DNA of 41,486 nucleotides from NCBI GenBank assembly GCA_051819785.1, contig JBNJGV010000003.1, forward strand, positions 1-41,486, given 5' to 3'. Under the pieces are notes generated by a model. That model was not told where the DNA came from, searched no databases, and saw nothing but the letters and a program-made list of their open reading frames with translations. The translations under genes and the position numbers were made by a program. This document shows, one piece after another, positions 17,338 through 26,644 of the stretch. The DNA is from Nanobdellota archaeon (GTDB lineage: Archaea > Nanobdellota > Nanobdellia > Woesearchaeales > DSVV01). Positions within the stretch are counted from its first letter, which is position 1. Each line of letters begins with the position of its first letter.

Positions 17338-17370
17338 TCATGTTTTCTTTACAAAAGAGGTTGTAAGGGT

Positions 17371-19341
17371 ATGTCTGGAGAATTGTATCAATGGGAAAAG
17401 TTTCTCTATAAAAAATCTGAAAAAGATATTTCTGAATGGTCATCGAATTTCGGTCCGTCAGTTATTCAACGACAAAACAATAAACCCAAAAAAGTAAAAT
17501 TCAAAGTACTTATAGACAATCCAAAAACAAGGATATTCATTGTAGGAGACTTTAACAACTGGGGAGAAGATCTCGAAAATTATGAGTTAAAGCATGATAA
17601 GCACAGCATTTTTGCTGAAATAGTATTAGAATGCATTAAACACAAGGAGCCATATAAATTCCTTGTTAAAACTGAAGGAAAATCTATTTTTATGCAGGAT
17701 CCTGCTGGGCATTACTTTGACCATAATGGGAACACAATATTCTGGGATTTTGAGCATCCTTCTTCTTACAAATTAAAGCATGGTTTTATTGACACTATTA
17801 ATAGATCTACAAGAGTTCTTCAAACAGATTTACCCGGACTAATAATGCATTGGGCTGACAAAAGCGGAGTATGCGGAAGAGACCTCCAACAAAAAGAATA
17901 TTATAAATTTATAACAAATTCTGGAATTTTGGAACATATAAAAAAACTAGGGTTTAATACAATCCAATTCCTTCCATTTGCGCAGAGCATTGACGGGGAT
18001 AACTGGAAATTCAGATATCTTATTCCTTTCCAATTTGCAATCCAAAAAAACTGGGGTACACCTGATGACTTCAAAAGGATGATTGATAAGTGTCATGAAC
18101 AGGGAATCGCAGTGATAGGTGATTTTGTAATAGGTCATTTGCCTTTCAAAAAATACATGATTTTTGGCCAGGACGGAGAGAAAAACGGAATTCAACAGTG
18201 GTATAACAGACATGGCACAAGACTATATATGAAAGAAGAAACGCCCTGGGGAACCATGAGGATTGATTACGACAACCCCAACATAAGAGATTTTATTATC
18301 TCAAGTTGTCTGCATTTTTTACAAAAATACAGGATTGATGGTCTAAGGATTGACAATGTTGATGGCATAATAAGATATGGGGAAAACGGCGATGGTCCCG
18401 AAAGGCCAAATGGTAGAAAGTTTCTTAGAGAACTCAACAAAACACTTTATACTTATAACCCTTGCACACTTATACATTTTGAATCGCATTATTTTCATGA
18501 AGATAATGCAAAAATGCTAGTCATACCATTTGAGCAGGACAAGAGAGCATTAGGAGCGACAGCCTATAATAGTTCGCGTATGACATATTACTTTCATACA
18601 GAATATATGCCTAAGGCAGTTGATGAAGTAACTCCATGGAAATTTAAAGATATTACAGAAGAAAAAGAATGGGGACAGTCTAGCTCAACCATAGCTGACT
18701 TTCATAACCATGATGCCGCGGCCGGCCTGATTCCAATGAGATGTACAGGAAGCTATGCATACGATGCTATGACTGTTAAACAACCACAGAATCATATCCA
18801 TGCCATCGGAAAAATTAAGGTAATGGAAGCAATAATCTCTTTTTGCTGTGAAGGAAGGACTCTTGACCTTGCGCAAACATTCCTTCTTCAGACAGGAACG
18901 TTTGAGCATGAAAGTTCAATAAAGTGGTTTCTGGCCTTTAATCAAGTGAATAATAATATGACTGAATATAAACGCAAAATAAATACACTGATGGAAGACA
19001 AAGCGTTCTGGCCGATTAACACGAAAAATAGAAGATTCTTAAACATTGATGATAAAAACAAAATGTTGGTTGTAAAAAGAGAATCTGAAGAAAACAAGTA
19101 TGTGATAGTTATTAACCTTTCTTCATGGACTCATATGAATTATAAGGTTGGACTCGACTCAAAAAAAGATCAAGAAGTAATGTTTAACTCTGATTTATTT
19201 GACTATGCAGGTCTGGGCTTAATCTCCTTTCCAAAAACCCTGAAAAACGAGAAAAGTGTAAACTTTGAATTATTGGAAAGAGAAGTAGTTTTGCCAAAAG
19301 TGGCCCCCTACCATGTTGTAATTTTAAAAGAGAAGAAATAA
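17371..19341 (+). CDS. GH13-family alpha-glucan branching-enzyme-like protein
   Basis: CBM48-like VGDFNNWG. GH13 regions: I GDFVIGHLP, II DGLRIDNVDG, III HFESH, IV FHNHDAAAG. Confidence 0.7.
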   Translation: MSGELYQWEKFLYKKSEKDISEWSSNFGPSVIQRQNNKPKKVKFKVLIDNPKTRIFIVGDFNNWGEDLENYELKHDKHSIFAEIVLECIKHKEPYKFLVKTEGKSIFMQDPAGHYFDHNGNTIFWDFEHPSSYKLKHGFIDTINRSTRVLQTDLPGLIMHWADKSGVCGRDLQQKEYYKFITNSGILEHIKKLGFNTIQFLPFAQSIDGDNWKFRYLIPFQFAIQKNWGTPDDFKRMIDKCHEQGIAVIGDFVIGHLPFKKYMIFGQDGEKNGIQQWYNRHGTRLYMKEETPWGTMRIDYDNPNIRDFIISSCLHFLQKYRIDGLRIDNVDGIIRYGENGDGPERPNGRKFLRELNKTLYTYNPCTLIHFESHYFHEDNAKMLVIPFEQDKRALGATAYNSSRMTYYFHTEYMPKAVDEVTPWKFKDITEEKEWGQSSSTIADFHNHDAAAGLIPMRCTGSYAYDAMTVKQPQNHIHAIGKIKVMEAIISFCCEGRTLDLAQTFLLQTGTFEHESSIKWFLAFNQVNNNMTEYKRKINTLMEDKAFWPINTKNRRFLNIDDKNKMLVVKRESEENKYVIVINLSSWTHMNYKVGLDSKKDQEVMFNSDLFDYAGLGLISFPKTLKNEKSVNFELLEREVVLPKVAPYHVVILKEKK

Positions 19342-19342
19342 G

Positions 19343-19353
19343 TTTATATAAAA
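19343..19353 (+). promoter_or_regulatory. TATA-like box for the RNase HI gene (leaderless spacing)
   Basis: tttatataaaa is centred about 25 nt upstream of the ATG at 19373. Confidence 0.4.
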
Positions 19354-19372
19354 TTTGATTATTCTTTTTCTA

Positions 19373-19957
19373 ATGAAATATTATGCAGTTTTAGAGGGAA
19401 GAGGACAAGTACCAACAATATTAAACACATGGGAAGATTGCAAAAAAAAAGTAGACAAATACCCCGGAGCACAATATAAAAGTTTTAAGAATCTTAATGA
19501 TGCAAAGGAGTACATCACACCCAACAAATCAAAATCCAACGGGAACAGTCTTGTAGCATATGTAGACGGCAGTTATTCTACAACTAAAAAAAATTACTCT
19601 TACGGCGTTGTCTTACTAAAAAAAAACAAAATTCTAAAGACAATGAATGGCAAGGGTGAAAATGAGCAAGCTGCAAAAATGCGACAAGTTTATGGAGAGC
19701 TGCAGGGAGTTATGAAAGCCGTAGATTTTGGAATAAAAACCCACGAAAAAGAAATTCATATATATTATGATTACTACGGCATTGAATATTGGGCAACCGG
19801 GAAGTGGAATAGGAATAACCAGTTCACAAGCCATTATCATCAATTCATCCAAAAAAGAAAAGATAAGCTGAAAATTTTTTTCCATAAAGTCCCTGCTCAT
19901 TCAGGAAATAAATACAACGACATGGCAGACAGGCTGGCAAAAGAAGCTTTAAAATAA
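19373..19957 (+). CDS. rnhA: RNase HI with N-terminal hybrid-binding (dsRHbd) domain
   Basis: The N-terminal YYAVLEGRGQVPTILNTWEDCKKKVDKYPGAQYKSFKNLNDAKEYI matches the HBD pattern. Catalytic DEDD-type residues: AYVDGSY, GELQGVMKAV, IYYDYYG and HSGNKYNDMADRLAKEA. Position 19355 is TTG, so the ATG at 19373 is preferred. Confidence 0.8.
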   Translation: MKYYAVLEGRGQVPTILNTWEDCKKKVDKYPGAQYKSFKNLNDAKEYITPNKSKSNGNSLVAYVDGSYSTTKKNYSYGVVLLKKNKILKTMNGKGENEQAAKMRQVYGELQGVMKAVDFGIKTHEKEIHIYYDYYGIEYWATGKWNRNNQFTSHYHQFIQKRKDKLKIFFHKVPAHSGNKYNDMADRLAKEALK

Positions 19958-20009
19958 GAAATAAATCAATAATCTAAGCAAACTAATAAAAAAAGCAAGA
20001 GAAATTAAA

Positions 20010-20606
20010 ATGCTTGAAAAACTTAAAAAAAAATATGAAACATGTAAGTTATGCGCGGAACTTTCAGAAAATAGGAACAATGTTGTTTTTGGAATAGGAA
20101 ATCCTGATAAAGCAAAGATAGTAATAATCGGTGAAGCTCCAGGTAATATGGAGGACTTAAAAAACGAGCCATTTGTCGGAAAGTCAGGACAAATATTAAC
20201 AGAACTTCTAAAGGAAATTGGTTTTTCAAGAGAGGATGTATATATTACTAATACAATACTTTGTAGGCCTCCAAACAACAGAAACCCTAACAAAAAAGAA
20301 CTGGAAAACTGTAGAGAAAGGCTTGATGAACAATTAAAAATACTTAAACCAAAAGTTGTAGTCACACTTGGAAACTTTGCAACTAAATATATGCTACAAA
20401 CAAAAGCAGGAATCACTAACATACACGGCAAAGTTTTTGAAAAAGATAATATCAAAATTGTTCCAATGTTTCATCCGGCAGTTTTACTTTATAACGGGAA
20501 TAACCCCGAAAAAAGAAAAGAATTATTAGATGATTTTTTTATAGTAAAAGAAATTATCCAAAAAGGAAATATTAATTCAGGCAATAGAAAGTTGAATGAA
20601 TTTTAG
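20010..20606 (+). CDS. udg: family 4 uracil-DNA glycosylase (Fe-S type)
   Basis: CKLC near the N-terminus, GEAPGNMEDLKNEPFVGKSGQIL, ILCRPPNNRNP, ENC and HPAVLLYN. Confidence 0.85.
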   Translation: MLEKLKKKYETCKLCAELSENRNNVVFGIGNPDKAKIVIIGEAPGNMEDLKNEPFVGKSGQILTELLKEIGFSREDVYITNTILCRPPNNRNPNKKELENCRERLDEQLKILKPKVVVTLGNFATKYMLQTKAGITNIHGKVFEKDNIKIVPMFHPAVLLYNGNNPEKRKELLDDFFIVKEIIQKGNINSGNRKLNEF

Positions 20607-20645
20607 AAATCTAAAACCAATAACATAAAAAATAATCGAAAATCC

Positions 20646-21728
20646 TCAAGGCAACCATTGTTTAGGATCATTCAGCTTTTTAGGTAAATAATCACTAATA
20701 ACATAATTCAGACCCCACTTTGCTAAAGCCTGTTGTTCTGCTCTTTTCTTAAGTTTAATCTGGTCACTTATTGCCTTTTGCCATTGTTTATAATTATGCA
20801 CAAACGGGTCATTCTTAAGAGCATCTTTACCACGTTTAATATCTATATCTTTCATTGGATGTGTAGGCAACTTAAAATTGGTTATATCCTGCGGAGTGAT
20901 TCCTATGAATTTAGCGTCAGGAACACAAAAGTACTCGTTGATATGAGCAGCATTTCCACTTCCTACTTTAAGGGTTCTGTATATATTCATATAACCATAG
21001 AAATCCCCGTCTGTAAACACATAAACAGGTATTTTTTTAGAATCGCTTAGCCTTCTAATGAACCTTCTGCATGCCCTTGTAGGAACGCCCCCCATTGAGA
21101 TAAGTATGCAATTTGATTTTTTCCAGAATTTATGCTTAACAAGTCTCTGGAACATACCTGCAGTCTCGATAGCAAGAATAAATTTTGCGTTAGTCTCAAA
21201 CTTTAATTCCTCAACAGATATGGGTATAGAATATGCTCCACTACCAAAAGCAGTACAATCGATTTTTATATCTTCTCCTGTATCAGGATCCTTGTCAATT
21301 ACCGATAACTCTCCTGCAACCTCTCCCCCTTTTTCTTCAGGAATGAATTTCATTTGTTCCCTGTTAAACCGCATCATGGCTTCAATATCATCCATAACTG
21401 AATCTGATTCGGGTTGCTCTTTAAACCTTGCATCATCCCAGTTTTTGCTGACATAATATGCTTCCCTTTTAGTAGCCATATCATCTGACTCAATCAGCTC
21501 TTTTGAAAGAGACATCATAAGCAAAGTTTGCGCGAAAGTCTTAACAGTTGACGCTGTAAGTGTTCTAACCTTTTCTTTCCCCTTTAGCTCGAAAAAACCA
21601 TCTTTTTCATCATATTTTACATTCTGTAGAGATCTGACAGGCGATTTAAGGGTTGGACTTTTCATGGATTTTATTTTTTCAAATACATCAGTAGATACTT
21701 GTTTTATTTTCTCTACAACTTCATTCAT
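20646..21728 (-). CDS. top6A: DNA topoisomerase VI subunit A (Spo11-like)
   Basis: KREAYYVSK (catalytic Tyr region), Toprim ILAIETAGMF and FTDGDFYG. ATGA overlap with the top6B stop. Confidence 0.9.
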   Translation of the reverse strand: MNEVVEKIKQVSTDVFEKIKSMKSPTLKSPVRSLQNVKYDEKDGFFELKGKEKVRTLTASTVKTFAQTLLMMSLSKELIESDDMATKREAYYVSKNWDDARFKEQPESDSVMDDIEAMMRFNREQMKFIPEEKGGEVAGELSVIDKDPDTGEDIKIDCTAFGSGAYSIPISVEELKFETNAKFILAIETAGMFQRLVKHKFWKKSNCILISMGGVPTRACRRFIRRLSDSKKIPVYVFTDGDFYGYMNIYRTLKVGSGNAAHINEYFCVPDAKFIGITPQDITNFKLPTHPMKDIDIKRGKDALKNDPFVHNYKQWQKAISDQIKLKKRAEQQALAKWGLNYVISDYLPKKLNDPKQWLP

Positions 21729-23404
21729 TCTTCATCAACCTCTGCATCACTTCTTCCAATCTTTGCGAATTCTTCATCAAATTCCACATTTTTCTCCTTG
21801 TCAAACCCAACCTCTTCAACTTGTCCTCTTTTCTGCTCGAGAAGATCTTTTAATTTAGTAATTATTTCTTCCTTGTCAGCGTCCTGTAAATCAAGAATTT
21901 TTAGTAAAGCTTCTGCAACATGAGGTATATGCTTTTCAATATAACCTCTTTTTTTAAGCTCATCTTTAACCTTTTTCTTTTTTTTAAGATAGCTACCCAG
22001 GCTCCTTCCACATTCCTGTAACGCAAGCTTTATTTCTTTTACAATCTCGGGATAATGAGCTATTGCCTCTTTACTTTCACTGGTAAAAGGCACCCATACT
22101 GAAGCGATATGAACCATGATTGTTACAGGTCCCTGCGGAATTGCGCCACTGCTTTGGCTTAAACCATAGCTTCTCCAGTTAGTTCCTGAAATAGATTTAG
22201 TAGCAGCACAACCTCCCTGCTGATACAACAGAGGAACCCTGTTTGCAAATCTCATGATAGTAATCGGCCCTTCACTCTCTTGTTGGCCTCCATAAGCAAT
22301 CCCTGCTTCCACTATAAATGGATTACCTCTATATACTGAAGGAGGTCTAGTAGTTGATGCATAGAACTCAGCATTTATTTCTTTTTTAAGACCCTTCTCA
22401 ATCATTTCTTTACCAATGGACGTAATACAATCTGTTGAAGGAGCCATAATTTTAGTTTCTTTTATTGCATTGATTAGTTTTTCAGCGCCTTCTTGGCTGA
22501 CTTTTTTTGGCTTAGTCTCAGGAGGTATCAAAGCATGTTCACATATTTGTTTAGCTGTACCAGAACCAACTCTAGAAAAATCATTAACAAGAAAGCTCTG
22601 AAGGCTCCTGGCATCAGTTGTAGCAAGCATATCCATTAAGACCCCCAACTCAACACCATAAGGATGTGGCTTAATTTCTGTAGTCTCAATCGGAAGTTCC
22701 TCTGTAGCCCTTGGAAAAATCAATTGCTGCGCTTTGGGATTTGTATATATAATAGTTACATGAGGATTAGTAATCGCGGTCTCCTTTAGATATTGGTCTA
22801 CAGATTGCATACCGCCTGAGTAGTTTGCTTCGAGGTCAAGCTCAATCTTTGTACCGGTTTCTTTTGGCCAGTCAACCTGGTTTTCCTTAACAATAGTAGG
22901 TGTGTTTTTTTGAGTATCAATCTTTAATTCATAATATTGAGCAGGCTTGTCTTTTTGAACCTTAGAAGTTATTTTAGCTGGTCTTCCAGTAGTCAATTGG
23001 CCATACATAACACTTGCAGAAATTCCAATTCCTTGTTGGCCCCTGGACATTTTTAGCTTATGAAATTTGGACCCATAAAGCAGTTTACCAAATATTTTTG
23101 GTATTTGGGCTTTTATAATACCAGGGCCATTATCTTCAACAATAACCCTGAATCTACCACTTCCCATATCTATTAACTCAACTGAAATTTCAGGCAAGAC
23201 ACCTGCTTCTTCACATGCATCCAAAGAATTATCTACTGCCTCTTTAACAGTTGTCATAAGAGCTTTTTTTTTATTATCAAATCCAAGTAAATGCCTGTTT
23301 CTTGCAAAAAACTCTGCAATCCCTATATCCCTTTGCCCTTTTGCCATTTCGTGGGCAACATTTGATGAATCAGCACTACTATCAGCTAAAGTTCTCTGCG
23401 CCAT
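21725..23404 (-). CDS. top6B: DNA topoisomerase VI subunit B (GHKL ATPase)
   Basis: Bergerat-fold motifs KEAVDNSLDACEEAG, VEDNGPGI and GQQGIGISA. An alternative ATG at 23347 would remove the 23-nt overlap with the upstream KH gene. Confidence 0.9.
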   Translation of the reverse strand: MAQRTLADSSADSSNVAHEMAKGQRDIGIAEFFARNRHLLGFDNKKKALMTTVKEAVDNSLDACEEAGVLPEISVELIDMGSGRFRVIVEDNGPGIIKAQIPKIFGKLLYGSKFHKLKMSRGQQGIGISASVMYGQLTTGRPAKITSKVQKDKPAQYYELKIDTQKNTPTIVKENQVDWPKETGTKIELDLEANYSGGMQSVDQYLKETAITNPHVTIIYTNPKAQQLIFPRATEELPIETTEIKPHPYGVELGVLMDMLATTDARSLQSFLVNDFSRVGSGTAKQICEHALIPPETKPKKVSQEGAEKLINAIKETKIMAPSTDCITSIGKEMIEKGLKKEINAEFYASTTRPPSVYRGNPFIVEAGIAYGGQQESEGPITIMRFANRVPLLYQQGGCAATKSISGTNWRSYGLSQSSGAIPQGPVTIMVHIASVWVPFTSESKEAIAHYPEIVKEIKLALQECGRSLGSYLKKKKKVKDELKKRGYIEKHIPHVAEALLKILDLQDADKEEIITKLKDLLEQKRGQVEEVGFDKEKNVEFDEEFAKIGRSDAEVDEE

Positions 23405-23948
23405 CTTCTTTCACTTCAAACTCTTTCGTTTTTAATTCTCTCCTCTTTTTTTCTAACCATTTATAAACATGAGAATGCGGACTTCCCATAAGCAAACTAT
23501 CAATTGCGCGCCTTGCTATAGCAACATGATCATATCTTCCGATAACTCCTACAGACTTTCCATAAACCACAATACTGGTTTCTGTTAAGTTTTCAATTGT
23601 TTCTCGTGACTTACCGTTTTTTCCAATGATTCTACCTTTAACTCTGACAAGGTTGTTCTTATGCTTAACATAGTCATTAATACTTAATAATTCCAAACAA
23701 TAATCTTGTTTTAACAATTGTTTTGCTATTTCAGGATTAAAACCCCTGCCAATAGCCTGAACAATTTCCCTTACTGTAAAAATAGTTAAAGAGTCTTCAC
23801 CTCTAACAACTGCAACTCCTTCTTTTGAATCAACCTCTATGCTTGTGTTTGTATTCTCCTCTATATTACTCTTGGTTTCTCCATCTTTACCTATTAAGAC
23901 AGCTATCCGGTCCTTTGGAATCTTAAGTTCATAAGAATATTTTTCCAT
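23382..23948 (-). CDS. tandem KH-domain RNA-binding protein (Dim2/Pno1-like)
   Basis: Two KH GxxG cores, LIGKDGETK and IIGKNGKSR, then SLLMGSPHSHVYKWLE. The longest ORF starts with GTG at 24014; the first ATG is at 23948. Confidence 0.8.
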   Translation of the reverse strand: MEKYSYELKIPKDRIAVLIGKDGETKSNIEENTNTSIEVDSKEGVAVVRGEDSLTIFTVREIVQAIGRGFNPEIAKQLLKQDYCLELLSINDYVKHKNNLVRVKGRIIGKNGKSRETIENLTETSIVVYGKSVGVIGRYDHVAIARRAIDSLLMGSPHSHVYKWLEKKRRELKTKEFEVKEDGAENFS

Positions 23949-24067
23949 AATTCTTTCAGGAAAATGAATTGTTTTTAAATGTTTTGTAAAGCAATAAAGA
24001 AAACCCAAACGCACTAAAACCCTAAAAAAGCAAGATATTTATATTAAATGACATAATCAACCAGATA

Positions 24068-24433
24068 ATGGAATGTGGAATGGGTATACATCTGCTGCTT
24101 AATCTTGTAGGCTGTGATGAATATTATCTCCATGATAAGGAGAACGTTAAAGGCCTTGTCTTAGATGTTGTTAGCAAGAGCAATCTCAGCAAGCTTAAAG
24201 AGGGCTTCCATCAATTCAGACCAACAGGTGTTACAGGTTTTGTTTTGCTTGAAGAATCACACTTCAGTATCCATACATGGCCAGAATACAACTCAATAGC
24301 AGTTGATTTATTCTGTTGCTACCTAAATCAAGAACAAAAAGAAAACGCGCTAAGAAAAGCAGAAGATGCCGGGCAATTACTTGTTTACAAGTTAAACCCT
24401 AAAGAAATAAAAAAAAAACTTGTTATGCGCTAG
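24068..24433 (+). CDS. speH: S-adenosylmethionine decarboxylase proenzyme (pyruvoyl, SpeH type)
   Basis: LLEESHFSIHTWPE contains the Glu-Ser self-cleavage site typical of small prokaryotic AdoMetDC. A TATA-like tatttatatt lies about 27 nt upstream. Confidence 0.8.
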   Translation: MECGMGIHLLLNLVGCDEYYLHDKENVKGLVLDVVSKSNLSKLKEGFHQFRPTGVTGFVLLEESHFSIHTWPEYNSIAVDLFCCYLNQEQKENALRKAEDAGQLLVYKLNPKEIKKKLVMR

Positions 24434-25136
24434 ATTTTATTTTCTGCAGGACTTCTTCTTCAGAAGCCTCAAAACCAAAGCGATTAAAGAATTTTGTGAT
24501 ATTTGAAATATCCCTTCTCAGATATTCCTCTGCTAAAGGGTCTTTAAGGGTTGTAGCTTGAGAAAAATCTATAAAAACAGGATTATCCAGATAATTTAAA
24601 ATATTATATTCAGAAAGGTCGGCATGGACAAGCCCTGCATTTAGGTATAGCTTTCTGATATTATCAATTATCTCATTAAAAAATTTATTATAATCCTCGG
24701 GAGTATTATCTTTTATCTGCGGAGCAGGTTCTTTATTGCCAATATATTCTAACACGATTATATTATTAAGAGAAGTTATAGGCGTTGGAACTCTCACCCC
24801 GGATTTTCTGGAAGCTATAAGATTCCTGTATTCTCTTTTCACCCAGGCAAATATAACTTTTCTTCTTTGCTTTTTAAGATCAAAAAACCTAGGGTCGCTT
24901 TTAATATACTTGTACATTAAGTTGAAATTGCATGATTCAAGGCGATATATCTTCAGAACCCTTTTTCCGCCATCTTTTGTCCTTGCTGTAAAAATGTTTG
25001 CCTCTTTTCCTATTTTAACGGGGCTTTCAATACCTTCTATAATATTCTGACTCATTAGTTTTCGTATTGTATTAATTGTGAAATTATCAAAAACATTGCC
25101 ATAAATCTTCCATTCTTCCTTGCTTTTTTTAGCCAT
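24423..25136 (-). CDS. rio1: RIO-type serine protein kinase (Rio1-like, no wHTH)
   Basis: IGKEANIF (ATP loop), LKIYR, catalytic HADLSEYN and metal-binding IDFSQA. Confidence 0.85.
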   Translation of the reverse strand: MAKKSKEEWKIYGNVFDNFTINTIRKLMSQNIIEGIESPVKIGKEANIFTARTKDGGKRVLKIYRLESCNFNLMYKYIKSDPRFFDLKKQRRKVIFAWVKREYRNLIASRKSGVRVPTPITSLNNIIVLEYIGNKEPAPQIKDNTPEDYNKFFNEIIDNIRKLYLNAGLVHADLSEYNILNYLDNPVFIDFSQATTLKDPLAEEYLRRDISNITKFFNRFGFEASEEEVLQKIKSSA

Positions 25137-25246
25137 ACATGCCTATGGTTGAGATATTCTTTTATATATTTAATCAAAAATTAAAAAACAACACAATACT
25201 AGAAAAGCCAGATTCTCAGAAAACAAACTAAACAAGGTGAATGAAT

Positions 25247-25990
25247 CTATCTACTCGACTTCATCAGTCTTTCCTTTAGTTTTTTGCCCATAAACTCGCC
25301 TTTAAAAAAGTCCACTTTTATCGCAATAGAAATATTGTCCGCCAGGTGTCTTGCGGCTTTACCTTTATTTTTTGAATTAGCGACATATTGGTGCTGTAGC
25401 AATATACCATGTTTCGGTGCTTTTGCCCCGGTTCTCAGATGACGAAAAAGAGCTTTCTCTGCTCCAAGCAATTGAATCTTTGACGCGGTCATGGTAGCAA
25501 GGTTCTTAATTGAGCCAGCATACACTATCAATTCTGCACCCAAAAGGGAACCAGCGAGATAATACATATTAGGGCAAGATTTTTTAACAACTACTTCAAG
25601 ATAGTTTTTCAAATTATCTATTTTCAAAAAAGAGGAATTTATAAATTCAGCCAACTCCAAAATCGGTGAAATATCCTCTTTAGATAAATCAGCCCCCATT
25701 GAATTTGAAGGGTTTATTCCTGATTCCTTTAATAATTTTTTTCTTGGTTTATCCAGAACCTCATTAACTAATTGCCTATTATCTGAGAATCTCTGGACAA
25801 TCTCTGGTGCATAAAGTGAATACCATTCCCTTAAACGCTTCGAATGCAAATTAGTGCTTCTGGTCAATTCAGTAAGATTACTAACTGCCTGTATAATAAG
25901 ACTATCAGACTTAACCGAATCCTTTATTTTGGATTTGGTAAGGGTCATATTTTTTTCATAAAGCGCGTTTAAATGAGATTTTTTTTTCAT
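25247..25990 (-). CDS. nop5: Nop56/58 (Nop5) NOP-domain protein lacking the N-terminal fibrillarin-binding domain
   Basis: RLREWYSLYAPEI, CPNMYYLAGSLLGAELIVYAGSIKNLATMTASKIQLLGAEKALFRHLRTGAKAPKHGILLQH and KGKAARHLADNISIAIKVD. Only about 25 aa precede the coiled-coil start. Confidence 0.8.
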   Translation of the reverse strand: MKKKSHLNALYEKNMTLTKSKIKDSVKSDSLIIQAVSNLTELTRSTNLHSKRLREWYSLYAPEIVQRFSDNRQLVNEVLDKPRKKLLKESGINPSNSMGADLSKEDISPILELAEFINSSFLKIDNLKNYLEVVVKKSCPNMYYLAGSLLGAELIVYAGSIKNLATMTASKIQLLGAEKALFRHLRTGAKAPKHGILLQHQYVANSKNKGKAARHLADNISIAIKVDFFKGEFMGKKLKERLMKSSR

Positions 25991-26115
25991 AAAAGAGTAA
26001 GAAAAAAAACTGGTTTAAATTTGTTGCGATTAATAGATAGAAAATAAAATATAAAATTATATAAATAAAGAGTTATAGTGTTATCAAAAAGTAATTCAAA
26101 AGGAAGCGACTCCAT

Positions 26116-26280
26116 ATGCATAATCAAGAAGGCAATTTTGAATTAGTAACCAAAAGAGAAGGTGCACATAAAGGCTGTCAACTTTACGACAACCTTAAGC
26201 AAGACCATAATATGTTTCTAAATTTCCCGATAACAGATAGTTATACCTATAATCATAAAATCAATTATAAAATATGTTAG
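26116..26280 (+). CDS. candidate small ORF (54 aa), not in the ORF track
   Basis: An ATG-to-TAG ORF (MHNQEGNFELVTKREGAHKGCQLYDN...) ending 10 nt before the next ATG. A purine-rich aaggaag lies upstream and a TATA-like ttatataaataaa about 45 nt upstream. No homology recognised. Confidence 0.3.
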   Translation: MHNQEGNFELVTKREGAHKGCQLYDNLKQDHNMFLNFPITDSYTYNHKINYKIC

Positions 26281-26290
26281 ATGATAATAA

Positions 26291-26575
26291 ATGAGCGCAC
26301 ACCACTTATTAAAAGAAACAGAGATAAAAAACAAATGCCTATATTGCGGTCATGCCTTCGACCCAAAAACATGGGAAACACACCACAATATGAAAAGGCA
26401 CTATAAAATAAATCACTGTGAAAATTGCAATAGAACGGCTAAAATAGAAGTTGGGTTTGAAGGTTCAGGCCACGATTCATGGAGTCAACCATTTAAAATC
26501 AAAAGGAAAAAGCAAACCAAAGGAAGTATAAAAATAATTGAGAGTCCGCTTGAGAAAGCTATAAAAAATAATTAA
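26291..26575 (+). CDS. small Cys/His zinc-finger-like protein
   Basis: CLYCGHAFDPKTWETHHNMKRH has C2H2-like spacing, followed by HCENC and a basic tail KIKRKKQTKG. Confidence 0.5.
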   Translation: MSAHHLLKETEIKNKCLYCGHAFDPKTWETHHNMKRHYKINHCENCNRTAKIEVGFEGSGHDSWSQPFKIKRKKQTKGSIKIIESPLEKAIKNN

Positions 26576-26644
26576 AGCGTTTATTGAATATTGTCTAATT
26601 TTTATTAAAAAATCCATTAAATTATTGATTTAAACTATAGTTTT

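Noticed and set aside
19949-20455. Minus-strand 168-aa ORF opposite the UDG gene
   Set aside because: It is a Ser/Phe/Leu-rich shadow frame. The UDG family-4 motifs on the plus strand are unambiguous.
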